In this document: piece after piece, positions 53,790 to 64,000 of the stretch
How the letters are laid out: every line of letters starts with the position of its first letter
How positions within the stretch are numbered: position 1 is the first letter of the stretch
From: Bdellovibrionota bacterium
GTDB taxonomy: Bacteria; Bdellovibrionota_C; UBA2361; CALJRW01
Reading direction: 5' to 3'
NCBI GenBank assembly: GCA_041740355.1
Contig: JBGSMD010000039.1
Coordinates: forward strand, 32,001 to 96,000
DNA length: 64,000 nucleotides
The notes under the pieces: generated by a model
The model's input: the letters and a program-made list of their open reading frames with translations, nothing else
The model's database searches: none
Told to the model about the DNA's origin: nothing
Position numbers and translations under genes: made by a program

Positions 53790-53816
53790 AATCCCCCCTA
53801 TTAACTAGGGAGGATT
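53790..53816 (-). terminator. Hairpin downstream of the Cys-rich lipoprotein gene
   Basis: AATCCCCCCTA-ttaac-TAGGGAGGATT close to the stop codon. Confidence 0.5.
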
Positions 53817-53830
53817 AGATTAAGACGAAC

Positions 53831-54109
53831 TTAATTACAAGATTTTTGTCCAGCGGAAGCCCCACATTTAGCAGCACCACAAGATTTTGCATCTTTAGCT
53901 TCACCAGATTTTCCTGCGCCACAAGAAGATTTATCCATTTCACTTTTCATCTCTTTTGCTTTATCACAGGAAGCTGTGCAACCAGATTCACACATACCTT
54001 TGGCTTTCATGTATGGACATGTCCCTCGATATGGACAATTACCTCGAGTGGTACATGACACCAAAAATACGAGAGAAAGAACTAATAGAATTTGAATAAT
54101 TTTTTTCAT
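53831..54109 (-). CDS. Small Cys-rich lipoprotein with an HvfA-like C-terminal repeat
   Basis: MKKIIQ..VFLVSC lipobox; 10 Cys; SCGAGKSG and SCGAAKCGA. Confidence 0.7.
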   Translation of the reverse strand: MKKIIQILLVLSLVFLVSCTTRGNCPYRGTCPYMKAKGMCESGCTASCDKAKEMKSEMDKSSCGAGKSGEAKDAKSCGAAKCGASAGQKSCN

Positions 54110-54289
54110 GGAATTAACTTTAATAATTAAAATATACCCACCGGCAATCATTTATTTTCTAAAATAATACGCGGGAGGTTAAATAATTAGTACGAAAGAT
54201 TTAGTAGCTTACATTTCGTTACTAACCATCTACAATAATGCAACATTTTAATACTTATATCTTTGAGCCACAAGGGTATCAAATGAGTA

Positions 54290-54955
54290 TTATTCTATTG
54301 GAAAAATATAAACTAAACCAAACATTAAACTGGCACTGTCATAAGCCACGTTATAGGTACTTGTTGAGTTAGAAACATCGGGACTAGATGCCGAGAAAAT
54401 CCTAGCTTCTGTGAAAAAACGAAATTCACGGTTAATTGGCACTTCTAATCCCAGTAATCCTTGAAGCGCAAAAGCCTGGCCATCACTGGAATGTGTAGAA
54501 CCAAAATTAGCAATTTCGATTTCTTGTTCCAAATCTGTCTGCATTCCAAGTCCAAATCCTACATAGGGATTTACATATTCAAAGGCCGTAATGTAATAAA
54601 TGGCATTCACCATGATTGCACTTGATTTCATGTCACCAGAGCTAAGTAAATCACCATTTATGACGGAGACAGTATCGATTCCATGAGTTCTGTGCGCATA
54701 TTCTAATTCTAGAGCAAAACTTTCATTAAAACGGTAACCACCTGCTAGTACTGCAATATTTCCGATATCAAAATCAGCAGTGGCATCAATATAATCATTA
54801 TTATTATTCCCACTTTTAAAATCATACCCATCTAGGTAATCGACCCCTAAGGCGATTTTTGCGTATGGTCCAGTTACTTCTTGCGCCTGTGAGCTAAGAG
54901 CGGAAAGTAAAATAAAGGCAAAAGTAGCAAAAGATTGAAGCAGAGGGTTTTTCAT
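54290..54955 (-). CDS. Outer-membrane beta-barrel protein (8-strand, OmpA/OmpW-like)
   Basis: Signal peptide; GYRF..LELEY, MVNAIY, PYVGFGLG, ALQGLLG. Confidence 0.8.
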   Translation of the reverse strand: MKNPLLQSFATFAFILLSALSSQAQEVTGPYAKIALGVDYLDGYDFKSGNNNNDYIDATADFDIGNIAVLAGGYRFNESFALELEYAHRTHGIDTVSVINGDLLSSGDMKSSAIMVNAIYYITAFEYVNPYVGFGLGMQTDLEQEIEIANFGSTHSSDGQAFALQGLLGLEVPINREFRFFTEARIFSASSPDVSNSTSTYNVAYDSASLMFGLVYIFPIE

Positions 54956-55109
54956 ATTGGGAACAAAATAAAAGTACTATTTCAGTTGTAGCTTTGATTA
55001 AATATTTCAGCAAGTTACAGACTGAGGCAGATATCTCCTTAGCGAATTGGATATCCCAGCAATCTTAATGACTTTTAGAAAGTAAATTTATAGTTACTGT
55101 CATTAATTA

Positions 55110-55251
55110 CAGTAAGTCCAGAAAGTAATTTCCAATAGGAATTACTTTCTGGGGCTTACTAACCCCCGCAAGCGTTATAAAATCATATAGTTATGACAAA
55201 AATCACAAAACTAACTTTTGAATATTCGGAAATTAGTTTTTGTCATAACTA
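55110..55251 (+). mobile_element. MITE family B, copy 2
   Basis: Homologous to 21065-21204; TA at 55108-09 and 55252-53. Confidence 0.8.
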
Positions 55252-55354
55252 TAATACTTCTAAATTTGTCAAAATTATCTTGCATTCGCTTATTGTTTTA
55301 CTTGATTAGATAGAGTAAAATGATTGGTATAGTAAATTTTTGCTTGATATACCG

Positions 55355-55585
55355 ATGACACTTCCATTAACTGACCTTCCTCGAAATGCTACTGCGATAA
55401 TCAGTCAAATCGAGGCAATTCCTGAAATTGATCGCTTGAAGTCCGTTGGCTTTGTCGCTGGAACTAAAATTCAGGTGATGAAAACGGGCCGAACATTACT
55501 AGTAAAGCTTCCAGGGACAACTTTCGGACTTAGCGCCAATTTGGCTAAGTCAATCATGGTATCCGCTGAATTTTGTAATAATTAA
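55355..55585 (+). CDS. feoA: Ferrous iron transport protein A
   Basis: RLKSVGFVAGTKIQV..LS..LAKSIMV SH3-like pattern; upstream of feoB. Confidence 0.85.
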   Translation: MTLPLTDLPRNATAIISQIEAIPEIDRLKSVGFVAGTKIQVMKTGRTLLVKLPGTTFGLSANLAKSIMVSAEFCNN

Positions 55586-55773
55586 ATTCAGATTCTCCAG
55601 ATCTTTAACTTATCAATAATTGCTGATTAGCTTAGGAAAGTGTTTCACATCTTATTAAAACTTTCGCGAACAAGAAACAGATTGTTTTCATGTTGGGGTT
55701 TTAGTGTGTTTGTTTTTCCCCGTAATTAAACTTATATATTAGGCGATTAAATTTTTAAATTTAGTAATTTCAA

Positions 55774-57606
55774 ATGTCGCCCAGTATAGAAAATCAAAAA
55801 TTTCAGCAGATAATTCTGGTTGGAAATCCAAATACTGGGAAATCATTATTCTTTAGTAAGTTAACTAAACAAAAAGCAGCTTCCGCTAATTATTCTGGCA
55901 CAACCCAAACCTTAAAATCTTGTTCACTCAAAATCAATGAAAAGAATTATCAGATTATTGATTTGCCAGGAATTTACGACCTAGATACAACGCTACCTGA
56001 AGAAATTATTACTGTTAATTACCTAAATTCTTTTTGTAAATCATCAGGTGCACTGATTTTATTTTTTCTAGATGCCACGCGTTTAGAGCAAGGTATCTAC
56101 TTACTTAGTCAAATCCTGGAAGATAACAAATCGTTGGTTGTTCTGCTAACTCAATATGACATCGCTACTAAAAAGAATTTAGAAATTGATTACCAAAAGC
56201 TTGCTGAAAAACTTGCTGTTAAAATCATCCCAACTTCCAACTTACATGATTCTAGTCTGAAAATTTTAAATCAGGCTTTAGCGGATTTCACTCCCAAAAC
56301 GACTCCCGAAGCAAGTGATTCCTGTACTAGATGTACATCTTGTAATTTCCAAGAACGTCACCAAATCGCACGGCAAATAAAAAATGAAATTAGTAGCCGA
56401 GAAGTTTCCAGTATATGGTCTGATCGCTTAGACCAAATTTTACTAGATCCACTCTACGGCACTCTTTCCTTTCTACTAATAACATTTACTTTTTTTTGGT
56501 TAATATTTTTCATGGCAAGCTGGCCAATGGATTTAATTGATCAAGCCTTTGCCTTCCTAAGCAGCAAATTAACTTTAATATTACCGTCAGGATTATTAAC
56601 TGATTTACTACTAAATGGTATTATACCGGGACTGAATGGCGTAATTATTTTCCTTCCGCAAATATTTATTCTCTTCTTCTTAATTAATTTACTCGATAAC
56701 TCAGGGTATCTGGCCCGAATGGTTTGTATTATGGACCGCTACCTGCGAAAATTTGGTCTATCCGGAACTGCATTTTTACCAATACTATCTGCTCATGCCT
56801 GCGCAATTCCAGCAATCTTAGGAACAAAAGTTATTAAAAATAAACATGAGAGATTTTTAACTATCTTTATTATTCCATTTTTTTCTTGTTCGGCAAGATT
56901 GCCAGTTTATGTGATGCTGACCGCCTTGATGTTTCCAAAGTCACCACTACTGGCTGCGGCTGTCTTTGTTGCCTGCTACTTAAGTGGCGCAATAATTGCT
57001 TTTCTAACAGCATTAATTATTAAAAAAGTATTTATTTCTACTCCGACAACACATCTGCTACTTGAGCTTCCAGCCTATCGTATTCCACCTTTAAAACTTG
57101 CTTGGCAAGAGGCTGGCTGGCAATCATTTGGTTTCATCAAAAAAGCAGGCACATTTATCTTGGGCTTTTCGGTTGTGATTTGGGCACTATCCACATTTCC
57201 TAATCCTGAAATTGAAAAATCATACTTAGCTATTATTGGAAATTTTGTTCAGCCAATTTTTGAACCTCTGGGCTTTGACTGGCGGATCACTGTTGGCATT
57301 CTGACTTCTTTTGCCGCACGTGAAGTGATTGTTTCCACTTTGGCAATCATTTTTGCAGGTGGTTCGGATTCTGTCGAATTAACTACCAGACTGCAACAAG
57401 CAACTTTACCTAATGGTGATTTATTGTTTAATTTAGGAACAATCGCCAGTTTGCTTGTATTTTTTATCTTTGCCTTGCAGTGTTTTCCAACTTCAGTAGC
57501 GGCATGGAAAGAAACGGGTTCTAAAACATTTGCAATTACTCAACTACTGTATGCTTCCGCCATAGCCTATTTATTAGCTTGGGTTGTAGGAAGAATTCTT
57601 TCGTAA
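55774..57606 (+). CDS. feoB: Ferrous iron transporter B
   Basis: VGNPNTGKS, DLPG, SGYLAR, CAIPA, SCSARLPVY, AAREVIVSTL. Confidence 0.93.
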   Translation: MSPSIENQKFQQIILVGNPNTGKSLFFSKLTKQKAASANYSGTTQTLKSCSLKINEKNYQIIDLPGIYDLDTTLPEEIITVNYLNSFCKSSGALILFFLDATRLEQGIYLLSQILEDNKSLVVLLTQYDIATKKNLEIDYQKLAEKLAVKIIPTSNLHDSSLKILNQALADFTPKTTPEASDSCTRCTSCNFQERHQIARQIKNEISSREVSSIWSDRLDQILLDPLYGTLSFLLITFTFFWLIFFMASWPMDLIDQAFAFLSSKLTLILPSGLLTDLLLNGIIPGLNGVIIFLPQIFILFFLINLLDNSGYLARMVCIMDRYLRKFGLSGTAFLPILSAHACAIPAILGTKVIKNKHERFLTIFIIPFFSCSARLPVYVMLTALMFPKSPLLAAAVFVACYLSGAIIAFLTALIIKKVFISTPTTHLLLELPAYRIPPLKLAWQEAGWQSFGFIKKAGTFILGFSVVIWALSTFPNPEIEKSYLAIIGNFVQPIFEPLGFDWRITVGILTSFAAREVIVSTLAIIFAGGSDSVELTTRLQQATLPNGDLLFNLGTIASLLVFFIFALQCFPTSVAAWKETGSKTFAITQLLYASAIAYLLAWVVGRILS

Positions 57607-57826
57607 AGTAGAGGCGGGACAAACTCTGCGATCCTCACATTTTATATCATCTCAACTAAGCGTTTAAAATTCAGCAGAGGTCGCATTTAAAAATTGTTAA
57701 ACGCAGTTACCTTTTGTGTCGCAAGAGATTATCTTAACAAACAGTCAATTAGACTGGAGATGGAAAACAGGAGAATTTAGTACCACAAGTATTAAGAATA
57801 TTTTTCATTGATAGATAAGCTAAATA

Positions 57827-57987
57827 TAGTGAGTCAATAAATAAATTACTTTAAATGATTAACGATTTTGCTTGAGCTCACTATTAATGTTGTTTTTAGC
57901 TATGCAAACTTGGATAAAACCAAGATTTGCATTAGCCGTAATGACTCTATTCAATTTACTAACGTAAATTATTTTTTGTCATTACTA
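57827..57987 (+). mobile_element. MITE family A, copy 3
   Basis: Near-identical to 27748-27907; TA at 57825-26 and 57988-89. Confidence 0.88.
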
Positions 57988-57996
57988 TATATGCTT

Positions 57997-60333
57997 TTAA
58001 ATAATACCGCTTAATAGCACCCGACCAAACTTAGCATAAACTTCATCTTGATTTAGATTACGCCCATCAATGATGTCGGCTTCATAATAGTCGGGGTGGA
58101 AACGCATCATGTGTTCAAGTACGGCACGGTCATGATCGGATTTAGAAATAATTGCCCAAATATTCTTGCCAATTTCAGAGTGATTTTTAATTCCCCACTC
58201 CATCATTTTATTAATATAATTTGCCACTGTCTTTAATTCTTCAGGAGCTGGTGGACGATCAAACCCATAAGACCCCCCACTGTTTCTCATCCGATCTACT
58301 ACAGAAATTAAATTATCTACTAGCTGTTTACTACAGCTTTCCGATAGGATTTTTCTTTCCAATTCAGAATTCAGATAAGTCATTTTAATTGGGTGAACAC
58401 GACGTAATAATGCATCGTTTAAATCACGTTCATAGTTTTTAGTTAGAACGATTAATAAATTATCTAACTTTGCGTCAATCGGCGGTCGGCTTTCCAAGAA
58501 AATTGTAGCATCCTGGAGTGGCCCTAAAAAGAAAGTATCAATGGCAACATCAACTTTATCAATCTCATCGACAAGTAATACAACTGGCTGATTCTGGGAT
58601 TTTAAAAATGCTCGGGCAATAATCCCCAAGTTCATTAAATCTGATTTAGAATTCACATCTTTTCCAGCCATTGCTTGAGCCATAGCAACTTCTGATGGTG
58701 CTTCAATTAAATGTTGCAAATTCATTCCGCTGTAACAGCTTAAGCACATGAAATCGGCACCACAAATCTTAGACATTGCTTTTGCCAAATATGACTTACC
58801 ACAACCCGGAGGTCCTTCTAAGAGTAAAGTTCTAACTTTCTCGGTTGGAGTGTTAAGTAGTAAACAAACTTGAGTGGCTAAGAATGGTAAACATTCGTAT
58901 TTAACTTCTTCTAACTTTCCAATTAACTCTTCCGGAGTTCCCACGTTAACAAGTCCGACTTGTTTGGCTTTATAAGTATTTTTACGTTTAGAATCTTCCG
59001 GGTCAGGAACAATCCCTTTTAAGACTTCACGACCTAACTTGGCATGAACCTGATCAATGTGTAATTGGCGGCCATTTGGATAAAGCGTATCATGAAAATT
59101 TGGATGATAACGCATCATTAATTCAAGAATCTGCCGGTCATTTTCCGACTTAGCAATCATCTGCCAAATGTTTCTACCAACGAAACTAAAATCAACGATA
59201 TCCCAATTTAATAACTGAGTTACATACTTACCGATCTTTAATAATTCTTCCGGAGCTGGTGGACGATCAAATTGATATGCTCCATCACTGTAACGCATGA
59301 CGTCAGCAATCTTTACTAAGTTATTAATTAATTCTGGAATACAATAATTAGAAAGAATTGCTCTTTCTTGCTCCATATCCAAAAACTTGAGTGTAATTGG
59401 TTGAACACGACGAAGTAAGGCATCATTCAGCGAGCGATCAAAGTTCTTAGTAAAACAAATTAATAAATTTTCATTACGAGCTTCTATTACTTCACCTGAT
59501 TCTAAGAAAATCTTAGCATCTTGGAGAGGCCCTAAGAAGAAAGTATCAATTCCAATACTTACCTTATCTAACTCATCCACTAGTAAAATTACTGGCTTTT
59601 CCTGGGAAACTTTAAAAGCACGTGAGATAATACCAAGGGTCATCATTTCAATGTCTTCGCCATCTTTGGCGTTCATCGACTTCACGGCATTAGCTAAAGC
59701 CATACTTGATGGTGCTTCGATTAATTGCTGTAAATCCATACCTGGATAACAACTTAAGCACATAAATTCGGCACCAGTAATCCGAGCTAATGATTTGGCG
59801 AGGTAAGACTTACCGCAACCAGGAGGACCTTCTAATAAGATCGATCTAATCATGCTAGATTTTGTATTCATTGCCAAAGCAACCTGCGCTGCTAGGTATG
59901 GAGCACAATGATATCCAACACTGTCTAATTTGAAAACTAAATCTTCCGGACTACCAACATCACTTAAACTGGCCTGAACGTTAATTTCTTTAATGGCGTA
60001 TTCTGGCTCGATGTCTGAGAATTGATTCTTAGATTCTTTTAGTAATTCTTTATAATCTAAAAACTCTTGAGATTCTTCTTCTTCAATTTTTAGCATTTCA
60101 GCTAAATGATCAGTTTCAACCTGATGCTGATAATCTTCGGAAAGCAATAAATCTAATTCTGAAGCATAAGATTTGGAATGAGAATTATTATTTGCTTCGT
60201 TGGAATTGGAAGATGAACTTGTACCTTCATCTTTGGCTGAAGGAATAAGTGGCACAACCGGCTTCATCCTGGTTGGACCGGTGTCCTCATCTATGGAGAT
60301 ATCTAATCTAAAAAAATCCTTTTCTTCGCCCAT
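57997..60333 (-). CDS. Tandem MoxR/CoxD-like AAA+ ATPase (two modules) with an acidic N-terminus
   Basis: Present twice: LLEGPPGCGKS, LLVDE[LI]DK, LNDALLRRV, FDRPPAPEEL. Confidence 0.85.
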   Translation of the reverse strand: MGEEKDFFRLDISIDEDTGPTRMKPVVPLIPSAKDEGTSSSSNSNEANNNSHSKSYASELDLLLSEDYQHQVETDHLAEMLKIEEEESQEFLDYKELLKESKNQFSDIEPEYAIKEINVQASLSDVGSPEDLVFKLDSVGYHCAPYLAAQVALAMNTKSSMIRSILLEGPPGCGKSYLAKSLARITGAEFMCLSCYPGMDLQQLIEAPSSMALANAVKSMNAKDGEDIEMMTLGIISRAFKVSQEKPVILLVDELDKVSIGIDTFFLGPLQDAKIFLESGEVIEARNENLLICFTKNFDRSLNDALLRRVQPITLKFLDMEQERAILSNYCIPELINNLVKIADVMRYSDGAYQFDRPPAPEELLKIGKYVTQLLNWDIVDFSFVGRNIWQMIAKSENDRQILELMMRYHPNFHDTLYPNGRQLHIDQVHAKLGREVLKGIVPDPEDSKRKNTYKAKQVGLVNVGTPEELIGKLEEVKYECLPFLATQVCLLLNTPTEKVRTLLLEGPPGCGKSYLAKAMSKICGADFMCLSCYSGMNLQHLIEAPSEVAMAQAMAGKDVNSKSDLMNLGIIARAFLKSQNQPVVLLVDEIDKVDVAIDTFFLGPLQDATIFLESRPPIDAKLDNLLIVLTKNYERDLNDALLRRVHPIKMTYLNSELERKILSESCSKQLVDNLISVVDRMRNSGGSYGFDRPPAPEELKTVANYINKMMEWGIKNHSEIGKNIWAIISKSDHDRAVLEHMMRFHPDYYEADIIDGRNLNQDEVYAKFGRVLLSGII

Positions 60334-60569
60334 TTTTACCTTATAAATCTATGAGGAATTGCTAAATTAACTATTTTTTTGAGTAGCTAATTTTAAGTTT
60401 TACGATAATAACGCAGAACTTGCCCCTTGATTTTCGACAACCTAAGTATAAATCATTAGTATTTTCTATTTTGACTCTAAAAAAGTGAATTTTAGCGCGT
60501 AGTTATAAAACGTTAGTATAAAAAAATAAGATTTGGCTAGGATTTCAACGAAACTTAACATTTAAGCCG

Positions 60570-60941
60570 TTAAAAGGGCGTTTTAGCCTCCAGAAGCGAA
60601 TTTATCCAAGAATCATATTCATCTTGCTCCTTTTGCTGCAGCTTAAGATATCGTTCGGGAGATTTTTCTTTTAATCCCCACTTTTTAGAAGTGTAAGGAT
60701 ATTCAGCAATACAAAGTAAGTCCCTAAAATCATAATTAGCAATTTCGATTAACGATTTAATCTTTGCTATATTTCCATTAGAAGCCTTCAATATACCAAG
60801 GCGAACTCTATCACCTTCCAAATGTTTATATTCAGCTAATAATTTTTGTATTTCAAGTTTTTGAGCATGCTCAGGAAATAATTTATCAATTATAATTGGT
60901 AGTAATAAATTATAATCACGAACCGAAGAAAGATCGCTCAT
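60570..60941 (-). CDS. Hypothetical protein
   Basis: 123-aa ORF directly downstream of aroC. Confidence 0.65.
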   Translation of the reverse strand: MSDLSSVRDYNLLLPIIIDKLFPEHAQKLEIQKLLAEYKHLEGDRVRLGILKASNGNIAKIKSLIEIANYDFRDLLCIAEYPYTSKKWGLKEKSPERYLKLQQKEQDEYDSWINSLLEAKTPF

Positions 60942-60971
60942 TAATTATTTATTCTCAAAACTTTATTACAG

Positions 60972-62051
60972 CTAATTGTAAGATTTATATTTAAGATAAA
61001 AATCTAGAACCACAATCGCCGACATAGCATCAACTATCGGAACAGCTCTTGGCAATACGCAAGGGTCATGCCGCCCTGTAGCTTCCAATTTAACTTCTTG
61101 ATTAGCTTGGTTTACGGTATCTTGAGATTTACTAATCGTAGCCACTGGCTTGAACGCAACTCTAAATTCGACTGGAGCCCCGGTTGTAATTCCACCAAGT
61201 GTTCCACCAGCTTGATTTTTCTCAATTACTACCTGTGCATCCTTAATTCGAAAAGGGTCATTATGATCGGAGCCTTTATAGTTTACACAATCAAATCCAC
61301 TACCGAAGTCAAAACCTTTAACCGCGTTAATACTAAGCATTGCTTTCCCCAGCTCGGCTGAAAAGCGATCAAAGACAGGTTCTCCCAATCCAATAGGCAA
61401 GTTTTTAATCACTCCTCTTATAATCCCACCAACAGAATCTCCTTCATCCCGAATTCCCTCCACAAAAGAAATCATCTCTTCTGCGACTTTGGCATCGGGA
61501 CATCTAACAATATTCGCTTCGATTGCTTCCATCGTTACTTCCGACGGTATGATCGAAGTTTTAAGATGATGAATCTGTTCGACATAACTTAAGATTTCAA
61601 TTTGTAATTTTTCTTTTAAAAACTTCTTGGCAATTGCACCTGCGGCCACTCGAGCTAGTGTTTCCCGAGCTGAGGCTCTTCCACTTCCACGGTAATCGCG
61701 AACTCCGTACTTTTTTTCATATGTAAAATCAGCATGTGAAGGACGATAAAGCTTAGAAAGTTCCGAATAATCTTGCGGACGCATGTCTTTATTAAAAGCC
61801 ATGATCATAATTGGAGTTCCCGTAGTTTTGCCTTCAAAGACTCCAGAGTAGATTTTAATCTCATCTTCTTCTTTCCTTGGTGTTGTAATTTTACTTTGTC
61901 CTGGCTTACGACGATCAAGCTCTGGCTGAATATCAGCTTCTGTTAACAAAAGACCTGCCGGGCAACCATCAATTACTACGCCAACAGCTCCACCATGAGA
62001 TTCGCCAAATGTTGTAATCTTAAATAAATCACCGAATGAACTACCTGGCAT
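60972..62051 (-). CDS. aroC: Chorismate synthase
   Basis: TFGESHG, RPSHAD, GRASARET, GRHDPCVLPRA. Confidence 0.97.
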   Translation of the reverse strand: MPGSSFGDLFKITTFGESHGGAVGVVIDGCPAGLLLTEADIQPELDRRKPGQSKITTPRKEEDEIKIYSGVFEGKTTGTPIMIMAFNKDMRPQDYSELSKLYRPSHADFTYEKKYGVRDYRGSGRASARETLARVAAGAIAKKFLKEKLQIEILSYVEQIHHLKTSIIPSEVTMEAIEANIVRCPDAKVAEEMISFVEGIRDEGDSVGGIIRGVIKNLPIGLGEPVFDRFSAELGKAMLSINAVKGFDFGSGFDCVNYKGSDHNDPFRIKDAQVVIEKNQAGGTLGGITTGAPVEFRVAFKPVATISKSQDTVNQANQEVKLEATGRHDPCVLPRAVPIVDAMSAIVVLDFYLKYKSYN

Positions 62052-62718
62052 TTAACATCTCCTGAAATAAATTGTATTGTTGTAAACTTAACTGTCCATT
62101 AATCACTGCTTTGTTTAAGGTTCGTGGCGCATAAATAATTGCTTGCTGATCTAGAAAGCAAGCAAACCTAGAAAGTAATCCTTCTTTACCAGCACCAAGA
62201 ATAATTAATTGATTAGCACTTGTTGAGTATAAATCTTTTATTTTTAGTAAGTTTAGTAAATCATTACGGCAATTACAGAAACAAGCTATTTTATAAAACT
62301 CTGCTGTAACCTTTAACATCGCAACAAGAATCTCTTCTAATCCAGAATAATCAGGGGTTATTTGATAATTATGATAAGAAAGAATTAGTTTAGATTTGGC
62401 ATTAAGATTATTCCAAAATTCTAATTCTTCTTTTTGAACTAAAAAATCTAAATCTACATAAACTCCAGCTTGGCTTACCAGTTCCAAAACAGCTTGCCTT
62501 TCTAGTGATGTTAAATTAAGCAGTTCCTGATCATTTCGACGAGTCAGTATCAGTAGTTGACTGGAATACTTTTCCGCAACTTCCTTAACAAATGCTAAAT
62601 CCCAATCCGTAATATAATCTAACCAAAGCTCAACTAAGTCATATCCTTCTAAGGCATTGTCAGCGAGCTTAAGAAATTCAGCTTTAGTTGTAACTATTTC
62701 CCCTAAACAAAACTTCAT
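62041..62718 (-). CDS. aroD: Type I 3-dehydroquinate dehydratase
   Basis: VELWLD, ILSYHNY..TP, KIA, SR..GQL; ATGA overlap with aroE. Confidence 0.8.
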   Translation of the reverse strand: MKFCLGEIVTTKAEFLKLADNALEGYDLVELWLDYITDWDLAFVKEVAEKYSSQLLILTRRNDQELLNLTSLERQAVLELVSQAGVYVDLDFLVQKEELEFWNNLNAKSKLILSYHNYQITPDYSGLEEILVAMLKVTAEFYKIACFCNCRNDLLNLLKIKDLYSTSANQLIILGAGKEGLLSRFACFLDQQAIIYAPRTLNKAVINGQLSLQQYNLFQEMLNAR

Positions 62719-63551
62719 ACTAACTTCCATTTAAAATGCGAGTACAAGACTTTACGGAAGATTTCACTGTCAATTTCCTTTCCAGTATATAAAAGGAATT
62801 GCTCTTTAGCTTGCTGGGTAAACATCTCCACACCATGAATTGTTTTTGCACCTTGAGATTTAGCATCACGAAGGAGTGCGGTAGACTCTTGATTATAGAT
62901 ACAATCAAAAATGATCTGCTCTTTCTTGATTAACTTTTTCAAAACTGGTGAAGCATCATTAGGATCAAGTCCAATGGAAGTGCAATTAATAATGATATCG
63001 AATTCAGCTAATTCTGATAAAGTTTCCCACGAACCATGTTCTACCGAGAATTCCTCGGCTAAGTCTTCGGCTTTACTAGCTGTTCGATTAAAAATCTTAA
63101 CATTCGCCTCGGCGGAACTCATCGCATAAATTGCTGCTCGGGCAGCTCCGCTGGCGCCAAGAATTGCAACTGATTTGCCTGTCAAATGAGTTATCTCTTC
63201 CAGTGGCCTAAGAATTCCTAAATAGTCGGTGTTCTCTGCGTGCCAAGTGGAATTCTTACGTATTAATGTATTAGCAGCACCAATCTTATCTACTGCCCAA
63301 GAAGATGTACCAGCAAAAGGTAAACAATTAATCTTATGAGGTAGAGTAACGCTAACTCCCACTGCACCAAGTTGTGCTAGGGTTTCTAGACCGGAATCAA
63401 GATCTTCGGGTTTAATTGGAAAGGCTCGAAAACTATACTCATTCTGAATACCGAGTGCTTCGTAACCAGCATTATGAATTAATGGGGAAAGACTATGTTC
63501 AATTGGATAACCAATTACACAACATAATTTAGGTGTTTTAGTTACTGGCAT
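62715..63551 (-). CDS. aroE: Shikimate dehydrogenase
   Basis: GYPIEHSLSPLIHN, VTLPHK, GAANT, NTDYLG, GASGAARA. Confidence 0.95.
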   Translation of the reverse strand: MPVTKTPKLCCVIGYPIEHSLSPLIHNAGYEALGIQNEYSFRAFPIKPEDLDSGLETLAQLGAVGVSVTLPHKINCLPFAGTSSWAVDKIGAANTLIRKNSTWHAENTDYLGILRPLEEITHLTGKSVAILGASGAARAAIYAMSSAEANVKIFNRTASKAEDLAEEFSVEHGSWETLSELAEFDIIINCTSIGLDPNDASPVLKKLIKKEQIIFDCIYNQESTALLRDAKSQGAKTIHGVEMFTQQAKEQFLLYTGKEIDSEIFRKVLYSHFKWKLV

Positions 63552-64000
63552 AAAATTAATTTAATTTCTTGGGCAACTTGTTGAATGCTAAAGATATCAG
63601 TATCAATCGTGTAGTCGGCGACTTCTTGATATCTGTCTTGTCTTTCTTGATATAAACTCTGTGCACGATTTAAATCTAAAAATAGTGGCCGGGATTTATC
63701 ATCTGCAAGACGAATTTTAATATTATTAAAACTTGTCTTTAAGTAAAAAACGCTAAGGTCGGATTCTTTTAGCAACAACAAATTATAATTATTTGCTAAA
63801 ATACCACCACCAGTTGAGAGAACAAAATCATCATCTTCATCCAAAGTTTTCTCTAATAACTCTGATTCAATTTTTCGGAAAGCTTGCTCGCCTTCAGCTT
63901 TAAATAATTCAGCCACACTGGCATATTCAGTTTTAGTTAAAATCTCCCGATCTAATTCAATTAACTTCAAACTTAAATCATTTGCGACAATCTCAGCAAC
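63542..64000 (-). CDS. aroK: Shikimate kinase, 5'-partial
   Basis: ELD, GEQAFRKIE, STGGG, RPL, LYQERQ..Y; frame is open to the window end. Confidence 0.9.
   Translation of the reverse strand, partial: VAEIVANDLSLKLIELDREILTKTEYASVAELFKAEGEQAFRKIESELLEKTLDEDDDFVLSTGGGILANNYNLLLLKESDLSVFYLKTSFNNIKIRLADDKSRPLFLDLNRAQSLYQERQDRYQEVADYTIDTDIFSIQQVAQEIKLILCQ

Overview
AT-rich chromosomal window from a diderm bacterium (it carries LptD and an outer-membrane barrel); the taxon cannot be fixed from sequence alone. Most of it is housekeeping and envelope genes: degP-like, gmd/rmd/manC/rmlB/rmlD, lptD, accD, gnd, lepA, ugd/uxs/galE-like, wcaJ-like with glycosyltransferases, yebC, dus, feoAB, aroK-E-D-C and tRNA-Leu(CAA). 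A small defence cluster holds an AbiE-type toxin-antitoxin pair and a type I restriction-modification system. The notable non-coding signal is a set of small palindromic elements. TA-flanked MITEs are built from interchangeable TAGT-ended hairpin modules, and one copy demonstrably splits a hicA toxin gene. A ~25-bp hairpin family with a conserved GWA/GWA internal loop occurs inside other elements, and a related unit sits in frame within hsdS. A synonymously recoded copy of the lepA 5' end lies 106 bp upstream of lepA, either an integration scar or a leader ORF. Unusual proteins include an orphan VirD4-like ATPase with an unrecognised C-terminal domain, a tandem-duplicated MoxR-like AAA+ protein, and a Cys-rich HvfA-like lipoprotein near feoAB. 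All calls come from motif recognition by eye; no searches were run.
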